A stretch of 32,000 nt of DNA from Zymomonas mobilis subsp. mobilis ATCC 10988. GTDB taxonomy: Bacteria; Pseudomonadota; Alphaproteobacteria; Sphingomonadales; Sphingomonadaceae. A program made the position numbers and the translations under genes. The notes below the pieces were generated by a model. The model saw nothing but the letters and a program-made list of their open reading frames with translations. It was not told the DNA's origin and ran no database searches. The DNA is taken from assembly GCF_000175255.2 (NCBI RefSeq), contig NC_017262.1:1830001-1862000 (forward strand), read 5' to 3'. Below are positions 26,388 to 32,000 of the stretch, in pieces (within the stretch, counting starts at the first letter, position 1; each line of letters starts with the position of its first letter).

Positions 26388-26742
26388 TTTCTGCAATCGT
26401 CGAAATAAAGAAATTTATGTTTACCATTCATTACCCAAAAAATGTAACAAAATTGCAACATGGTAGCTTGATGTAAGTTTTAATACGTAAATTTAATTTT
26501 TGCTGTTAATATAAAGATATTATTTTTCATTTTAGTAAACGAATAGTTTTTAATTTAAAATTAAATAATAAATTTAAAAAATTAAAATATTTTTTAATAA
26601 ATTTAAATATTAAAAATATGATATAATTTTATTAAATAAAAAGTTTAATTTTTGTCAAATGGCATATAAAATAATTTATTTTATACGATGAAAGTATTTA
26701 TCTATTTAGCCATCAGGCTACTGGCTGGAGCTACAAAATCAT

Positions 26743-27321
26743 ATGAAAAGTTTTTTGTCTAAAAAAATGGGAATGTTTTTGTGCCTCAGCATGGCGATTA
26801 CTTTATTCTCTGCAAAGGCTGCGAAGAATCAAAATAACTTTAAAGATAGCGTTTTGTTCGACAAATTATTGGCTTGTCGTTCCCTTAATGACGATATTTC
26901 AAGGCTGCATTGTTTCGATGAAAATATAAAAGCATTAGATGATGCGAACACGCATCATGATATTCTAGTGGTTGATAGAGAAGCGATTGTTGCTCGACAA
27001 AAGCAGAGCTTTGGTTTTGCACCGCCTGTTTTAGCTTTGCCTAAAAAAGATAATGCATATTCTCATTCGATAAAAAAAGATCAGGCAGCAGATGATGTTA
27101 TTCACGAAATCACAGATAAAGCCAGCTTTGTTAGCCAAGATAGCGAAGGCCATTGGATTATCGGTTTTTCAAATGGGGCTCGCTGGCGGCAAATAGATGA
27201 CCAAACTGTTCCCAATGAACCCCATGTTGGCTCAGTTGTTCGATTAAGGAAAGCTGCTTTGGGTTCTTTTGTGGCGAATATTGATAAGCAATCAGCAATA
27301 AAAATGAGACGAATTCAATAA
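26743..27321 (+). CDS. Hypothetical secreted/periplasmic protein
   Basis: 192 aa with a signal peptide (MKSFLSKKMGMFLCLSMAITLFSAKA/AK) and a Cys pair in LLACRSLNDDISRLHCFD. I recognise no family with confidence. Confidence 0.6.
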   Translation: MKSFLSKKMGMFLCLSMAITLFSAKAAKNQNNFKDSVLFDKLLACRSLNDDISRLHCFDENIKALDDANTHHDILVVDREAIVARQKQSFGFAPPVLALPKKDNAYSHSIKKDQAADDVIHEITDKASFVSQDSEGHWIIGFSNGARWRQIDDQTVPNEPHVGSVVRLRKAALGSFVANIDKQSAIKMRRIQ

Positions 27322-27469
27322 GCACCCGTTAAAATTGTAATCCTATTAAGGTTCACGAATTGAATCCTGCATTTAGGCGTAATAGGCTGCTGAAATATTT
27401 TCTCATGGCAGGATAGGTTATTTTTGCGTTATAGCATGCTAACTGACCGATTTAACTGGACAAAAATTG

Positions 27470-27700
27470 ATGTTAATACCTGGTTTTAAAAAAGACCAAC
27501 CGGCTAAAGTTGAATATCTTGATGGCCATTTTCGCCTTCTCTCACGAGGAAGCCACGTAATTTGCGCGATTTCTGGGAAATCGATTGACCTTGATTCCCT
27601 TCATTATTGGAGCGTTGAAAAACAGGAACCCTATGCCTCTGCTTACGAAGCAGAAATAGCCTATTCTCGTGAGCAAGAAGCTAAAAAAGATAACGCGTAG
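27470..27700 (+). CDS. DUF2093-family small conserved protein
   Basis: The track ORF starts at TTG 27467, with an ATG at 27470. AKVEYLDGHFRLLSRGSHVICAISGKSIDLDSLHYWSVEKQEPYAS matches the alphaproteobacterial DUF2093 pattern as I recall it. Confidence 0.7.
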   Translation: MLIPGFKKDQPAKVEYLDGHFRLLSRGSHVICAISGKSIDLDSLHYWSVEKQEPYASAYEAEIAYSREQEAKKDNA

Positions 27701-27904
27701 CTATTCTCCTGTAGGATTATTGCAGAATAAGGGCTTGCATTTTTTTAGAATTTTATAGGGATTAAAGGCGCGTTGTCGTGATATTTGGGAAGCTGATATC
27801 GTTAAAATGATAATTTTTGGTTCTTATTTTCAGCAGAAGGTTTTCATTTCAGCATAAAATGTCTAAGGGACACGCATCTTTCCGGTTACTCGCGTGAGGG
27901 ATCC

Positions 27905-28840
27905 ATGAAGCTGCTTGCCGGTAATTCTAATTTGCCGATTAGTCAGGCTATTGCCGACTATCTTGAAATTGATCTGACCAAAGCGTCCGTGCGTCGCTTT
28001 GCAGATGAAGAAATTTTTGTTGAAATCCGCGAAAATGTCCGCGGACAGGATGTCTTTGTTATCCAGTCAACTTGCTGGCCGACAAATGATAACCTGATGG
28101 AGCTGTTAATTTGCATTGACGCTCTGAAACGGGCTTCTGCTCGTCGTATTACGGCTGTTATTCCGTATTTCGGCTATGCCAGACAAGACCGTAAACCAGG
28201 ACCTCGTACGCCGATTTCGGCAAAGCTGGTTGCCAACCTGATAACAGTCGCCGGTGCAAGCCGTGTCCTGTCGGTTGACCTCCATGCAGGTCAGATACAG
28301 GGATTTTTTGATATCCCGACTGACAATCTCTATGCTGCTCCCGTGATGTCAGCAGACATCCTTGCGCGCTTCCCCGATAAAAAACTGACGGTTGTTTCAC
28401 CTGATGTTGGCGGTGTTGTTCGTGCAAGAGCTCTGGCAAAGCGTCTTGATAATGCGCCTTTGGCCATTGTCGATAAACGGCGTGAACGTCCGGGCGAATC
28501 AGAAGTGATGAATATTATTGGTGACGTCTCTGGTCGCTTCTGTATTCTGATCGATGATATCGTCGATTCTGCTGGGACCTTGTGCAATGCGGCTGAAGCT
28601 CTTTTGAATGCAGGGGCTGAAGGCGTTATTGCTTATGTGACCCACGGTGTTCTTTCGGGTGCCGCTGTTGCCAGAGTTGAAAAATCGTCACTTCAGGAAC
28701 TGGTTGTAACCGATTCTATCGGAATGCGCCCAGAAGTTGAACAATGCGCCAAAATTCGCCAATTATCCTTAGCGCCTTTATTGGCCGAGGCTATTCGGCG
28801 TATCGCTGATGAAACTTCGGTTTCTTCATTGTTTGACTAA
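27905..28840 (+). CDS. prs: Ribose-phosphate pyrophosphokinase
   Basis: 311 aa. Motifs: [37 protein letters not shown] and [15 protein letters not shown] precedes the ATG. Confidence 0.97.
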   Translation: MKLLAGNSNLPISQAIADYLEIDLTKASVRRFADEEIFVEIRENVRGQDVFVIQSTCWPTNDNLMELLICIDALKRASARRITAVIPYFGYARQDRKPGPRTPISAKLVANLITVAGASRVLSVDLHAGQIQGFFDIPTDNLYAAPVMSADILARFPDKKLTVVSPDVGGVVRARALAKRLDNAPLAIVDKRRERPGESEVMNIIGDVSGRFCILIDDIVDSAGTLCNAAEALLNAGAEGVIAYVTHGVLSGAAVARVEKSSLQELVVTDSIGMRPEVEQCAKIRQLSLAPLLAEAIRRIADETSVSSLFD

Positions 28841-28844
28841 AAAT

Positions 28845-28870
28845 AAAGCCTGCGTAAGCAGGCTTTTTCT
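28845..28870 (+). terminator. Rho-independent terminator after prs
   Basis: AAAGCCTGC-GTAA-GCAGGCTTT followed by TTCT, starting 5 nt after the stop. Confidence 0.8.
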
Positions 28871-28885
28871 ATTTCGGAGATAATC

Positions 28886-29665
28886 ATGTCCCGAAGCGCT
28901 TATGAAGATGATATTCGTCTTGCTCATCGGCTAGCTGATGTTGCTGCGGATATTATCCGGCCTTTCTTTCGTGCACCGTTAACGATTGACCTCAAAGCTG
29001 ATCATTCACCGGTGACAAAAGCCGATCGTGGTGCCGAACAGGCTATGCGGGCTATTCTTGAAAAAGAACGGCCAGAAGACGGCATTTTTGGCGAAGAAAT
29101 GGGTGTCTCCCGTCCTGATGCTCGCCGCCTTTGGGTCTTGGATCCAATAGATGGAACACGAGCCTTTATTGGTGGACGGGCTAGCTTCGGAACATTGATT
29201 GCTTTGGTTGAAGATGGTCGACCTGTTCTTGGAATTATTAACCAGCCTATCCATCAAGAACGTTGGGTCGGAGTTAAAGATTTACCTACCCGCTTTAATG
29301 GGGAAGTTATTCATACGCGGTCTTGTCCAGCCCTTGATCATGCACTGTTAGCGACAACCTCGCCTTGGCTGTTTGAAAAAGAAGGCGAAGTCCATTTTGA
29401 TAAAATCCGCTTAAAGTGTCGGGATACCTTATTGGGTGGGGACTGTTACAATTATGGTCTTCTTTCTCTTGGTCACTGCGATCTTGTGGTCGAACAAGGA
29501 CTAAAATTTTACGATTTTGCTGCCCTTGTGCCTATTGTCGAAGGGGCAGGGGGTATCATGCGTGATTGGCAGAACCGTCCACTCAATAAAAACAGCGTTG
29601 GCGAAGTCATTGCCGCAGGCGATCATCACTTGATCGAACCAGCATTGTCTGCCATGGAATTATAA
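28886..29665 (+). CDS. hisN: Inositol monophosphatase-family protein, probably histidinol-phosphatase HisN
   Basis: 259 aa. IMPase motifs are FGEE and WVLDPIDGTRAF. The overall pattern (KADHSPVTKADRGAEQAMRAIL...GGRASFGTLIAL...) resembles the HisN subgroup common in alphaproteobacteria. The function is inferred, not shown. Confidence 0.7.
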   Translation: MSRSAYEDDIRLAHRLADVAADIIRPFFRAPLTIDLKADHSPVTKADRGAEQAMRAILEKERPEDGIFGEEMGVSRPDARRLWVLDPIDGTRAFIGGRASFGTLIALVEDGRPVLGIINQPIHQERWVGVKDLPTRFNGEVIHTRSCPALDHALLATTSPWLFEKEGEVHFDKIRLKCRDTLLGGDCYNYGLLSLGHCDLVVEQGLKFYDFAALVPIVEGAGGIMRDWQNRPLNKNSVGEVIAAGDHHLIEPALSAMEL

Positions 29666-29692
29666 GCCTTTGTAAGTTTAAGAAAGAGCGGC

Positions 29693-29721
29693 TTGTCAAA
29701 TAGGGATACCCTCTTTATAAA
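29693..29721 (+). promoter_or_regulatory. Candidate sigma70-type promoter for rpmI-rplT
   Basis: TTGTCA (29693-29698), a 17-nt spacer, then TATAAA (29716-29721). This implies a ~85-nt leader before rpmI. Confidence 0.4.
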
Positions 29722-29810
29722 CCGCCTTTCTTCCACGATCTGCTCTACACTGCCCGGCTTTTTATGGGCTGCCGTGGCGGTGGTCGATCGTCAAAATCAA
29801 GGAGACGAAA

Positions 29811-30014
29811 ATGCCCAAGTTAAAGACCAAAAGTGGGGTCAAAAAGCGGTTTAAATTCACCGCCAATGGCAAAGTAAAACATGGTGTCGCCGGTAAGCGC
29901 CATCGCCTTATCAGCCATAACGCCAAATACATCCGTCAGCACCGCCGTACCGATGTAGTTTCATCAACTGAAAACCGCACCATCAAGGCGTGGGCACCAT
30001 ACGGTTTAAACTAA
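29811..30014 (+). CDS. rpmI: 50S ribosomal protein L35
   Basis: 67 aa, MPKLKTKSGVKKRFKFTANGKVKH.... GGAG lies 7 nt upstream. Confidence 0.97.
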   Translation: MPKLKTKSGVKKRFKFTANGKVKHGVAGKRHRLISHNAKYIRQHRRTDVVSSTENRTIKAWAPYGLN

Positions 30015-30027
30015 GGGAGGCTGATAG

Positions 30028-30405
30028 ATGGCACGTGTAAAACGCGGTACCACCACGCGGGCAAAACATAATCGGATTCTGGATCAGGCCAAAGGTTACT
30101 ACGGTCGCCGGAAAAACACCATTCGTATTGCCCGTCAGGCAGTCGAAAAAGCCGGTCAGTATGCTTATCGCGACCGTAAGGTTAAAAAGCGTTCTTTCCG
30201 CGCACTTTGGATTCAGCGTATCAACGCTGCTGTCCGCGCAGAAGGCTTGACCTATGGTGTTTTCATGTATGGTCTGAAATTAGCCGGTCTTGATCTTGAT
30301 CGCAAAGTTCTGGCCGATCTGGCTATGAATGAATCGGCTGCTTTCGGCGCTATCATTGCTCAGGTCAAATCAGCTTTACCGGAAGGCGCACGCGTTGCAG
30401 CTTGA
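30028..30405 (+). CDS. rplT: 50S ribosomal protein L20
   Basis: 125 aa, [30 protein letters not shown].... GGGAGG is upstream. Confidence 0.97.
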   Translation: MARVKRGTTTRAKHNRILDQAKGYYGRRKNTIRIARQAVEKAGQYAYRDRKVKKRSFRALWIQRINAAVRAEGLTYGVFMYGLKLAGLDLDRKVLADLAMNESAAFGAIIAQVKSALPEGARVAA

Positions 30406-30448
30406 TGATTAAGCTTTTAAATAATCGCTTTCTTTAAGGTGATTGAGA

Positions 30449-30494
30449 AAGGCATAGGAGCACTCTTCAGGGCGTTTCTATGCCTTCTTTTGTT
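30449..30494 (+). terminator. Probable terminator after rplT
   Basis: AAGGCATAG ... CTATGCCTT form a 9-bp stem with a 20-nt loop, followed by CTTTTGTT. Confidence 0.55.
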
Positions 30495-30693
30495 ATACAG
30501 TCCAGTGCGCATCTTCATTCGGCTAAACCGTATGAAGATGCGTTCTGGAAAAATTTAATGATTTACTGTCTGATATCGGCTGAATATGGCAAAAATCTTT
30601 TGGATTTTTTACGCTATAATAGGGTGATATTAAATATCTCCTTCCCATGAACAGCGCGTTAAACAGGCGATGGTCACAAAAATGATGGAAAGC

Positions 30694-31794
30694 ATGACCG
30701 ATCTAGATAATCTGAAAGCCGATCTGATCGGCCAGATCTCTCAATCAGGGGATTTGGCCGGCTTGGAATCTGTGCGCGTCCATGCCCTCGGTAAGCAAGG
30801 GGTTGTTACGGCGCTTTTAAAATCGCTCGGAAAGATGACTCCGGAAGAGCGGCAAGAAAAAGGGCCTGTCATCCACAGCCTACGACAAGCAGTGGCGCAA
30901 GGGATTGCCGATCGTAAACAGGCTTTGGAAACAGCTTTACTGAATGAAAAGCTCGCAAGCGAAACCATAGATCTTTCCTTGCCTTCTCCCAAAATGCCGA
31001 AGGGATCACTGCATCCGGTTAGTCAGGTTATGGATGAGCTGGCTGAAATTTTTGCTGACCTTGGTTTTGCGGTGGCAAGCGGGCCCGAAATCGAAGATGA
31101 GTGGCATAATTTTAGCGCTTTGAATATCCCTGAAAGTCATCCGGCTCGTGCTATGCACGACACCTTCTATTTCGAACCTCAGGAAGGGGCTTCGGATAAA
31201 GGCGATAAAGGCCGGATGTTGCTTCGGACGCATACCTCTCCGGTTCAGATCCGAACGATGCAGGGACAGGAACCCCCTATACGCATCATTGCACCGGGAC
31301 GCACCTATCGTTCGGATTCAGATGCAACTCATACGCCGATGTTTCATCAAGTCGAAGGGCTAGTCATCGATAAGGGAGTGCATCTTGGACATTTGAAATG
31401 GACGCTTGAAACTTTTGTTCGCGCCTATTTTGAACGTGATGATATCGTTCTCCGTTTACGTCCCAGTTATTTCCCCTTCACTGAACCTTCTATGGAAGTT
31501 GATGTTGGTTATACCCTTGAAAAAGGGCGTCGTATTATCGGCGGAAAACAACCGGATGGCTGGATGGAAATTTTAGGATCCGGTATGGTTCATCCCAATG
31601 TGATTACCGCTTGCGGCCTTGATCCCAATGTCTGGCAAGGTTTTGCTTTTGGTTGCGGTATCGACCGTTTGGCTATGCTGAAATATGGCATGGATGATTT
31701 ACGGGCTTTCTTTGACGGCGATTTGCGCTGGTTGCGTCACTTTGGCTTTGCCGCGCTTGACGTGCCCACACTTTCAGGAGGAGTCGGCGCATGA
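30694..31794 (+). CDS. pheS: Phenylalanine--tRNA ligase alpha subunit
   Basis: The track ORF starts at ATG 30670. Homologues as I recall them begin MTDLD..., which is ATG 30694, so the start is uncertain by 8 codons. Motifs: [32 protein letters not shown] and [10 protein letters not shown]. Confidence 0.95.
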   Translation: MTDLDNLKADLIGQISQSGDLAGLESVRVHALGKQGVVTALLKSLGKMTPEERQEKGPVIHSLRQAVAQGIADRKQALETALLNEKLASETIDLSLPSPKMPKGSLHPVSQVMDELAEIFADLGFAVASGPEIEDEWHNFSALNIPESHPARAMHDTFYFEPQEGASDKGDKGRMLLRTHTSPVQIRTMQGQEPPIRIIAPGRTYRSDSDATHTPMFHQVEGLVIDKGVHLGHLKWTLETFVRAYFERDDIVLRLRPSYFPFTEPSMEVDVGYTLEKGRRIIGGKQPDGWMEILGSGMVHPNVITACGLDPNVWQGFAFGCGIDRLAMLKYGMDDLRAFFDGDLRWLRHFGFAALDVPTLSGGVGA

Positions 31795-32000
31795 AGTTCA
31801 CGCTTTCATGGTTAAAAGAGCATCTGGAAACAGAAGCCTCTGTTCAGGAAATTGCTGATACGCTGACTCGTATCGGTCACGAAGTAGAATCGGTTCATAA
31901 TCCGGCTGACGGTTTGGAAGCATTTCGGATTGCACGCATCCTCACTGCTGAACGCCATCCACAGGCAGATCGCCTTCAGATTTTGGCGGTCGATGTCGGT
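31791..32000 (+). CDS. pheT: Phenylalanine--tRNA ligase beta subunit, first 70 codons (runs off the window)
   Basis: Its ATG overlaps the pheS stop (ATGA). [33 protein letters not shown]... is the canonical PheT N-terminus. It is not in the ORF track because no stop lies in the window. Confidence 0.93.
   Translation, partial: MKFTLSWLKEHLETEASVQEIADTLTRIGHEVESVHNPADGLEAFRIARILTAERHPQADRLQILAVDVG

Noticed and set aside
29722-29810. The rpmI leader, considered as an L20-binding autoregulatory structure
   Set aside because: I could not identify a convincing pseudoknot or helix mimic of the 23S L20 site by eye. The known leader families come from other phyla.
30508-30542. Hairpin CGCATCTTCAT...ATGAAGATGCG (11-bp perfect stem) just after the rplT terminator
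   Set aside because: The structure is real, but it has no U-run and I recognise no family. It may be a second weak terminator or a stabiliser, and there is insufficient basis for a call.
30586-30627. 13-codon ORF MAKIFWIFYAIIG upstream of pheS, considered as a pheM-like Phe-rich attenuation leader
   Set aside because: It has only two Phe codons and no SD. No GC-rich terminator or antiterminator follows, only the AT palindrome GATATTAAATATC. pheST attenuation is an enterobacterial feature I cannot extend here.

Overview
Chromosomal, mostly housekeeping window. The proteins look alphaproteobacterial (Sphingomonadales, possibly Zymomonas-like); that is my inference from gene content and protein signatures and cannot be verified here. 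Gene order: feoB (partial) and feoA (-); dnaE (+); about 1.4 kb without genes that holds decayed IS5-family remnants and an orphan minus-strand terminator; hdeD-like (-); purQ and purS (-); kdsD-like (-); a four-gene RND efflux operon mdtA-mdtB-mdtC-OMF (+); an EamA/DMT permease (-); a 1011-aa TonB-dependent receptor (-) bracketed by two tracts of about 11-12% G+C; a hypothetical secreted protein; DUF2093; prs; hisN-like; rpmI-rplT; pheS and pheT (partial). I saw no rRNA, tRNA or CRISPR. I do not see a multi-gene novel system such as a defence, toxin or secretion island, and I say so plainly. The main anomaly is the outer-membrane-factor (OMF) gene of the efflux operon. Its lipoprotein signal peptide and lipobox lie 447 codons into the open frame. 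They are preceded by about 24 in-frame 42-bp tandem units, including 2.3 copies of a 252-bp higher-order repeat. Further upstream are several diverged copies of an ATG-AAG-GCC-TTT-TCT start module, the first of which overlaps the mdtC stop. The array appears to derive from repeated duplication of the gene's own 5' end, and it leaves no canonical start codon within 50 codons of the lipobox. Secondary observations: a roughly 70-aa Ser/Asn/Thr/Ala/Gly low-complexity insertion in the MdtC periplasmic domain; similar low-complexity segments in the OMF tether and the TonB-dependent receptor N-terminus; the extreme AT-rich flanks of the receptor gene; and a structured receptor leader.
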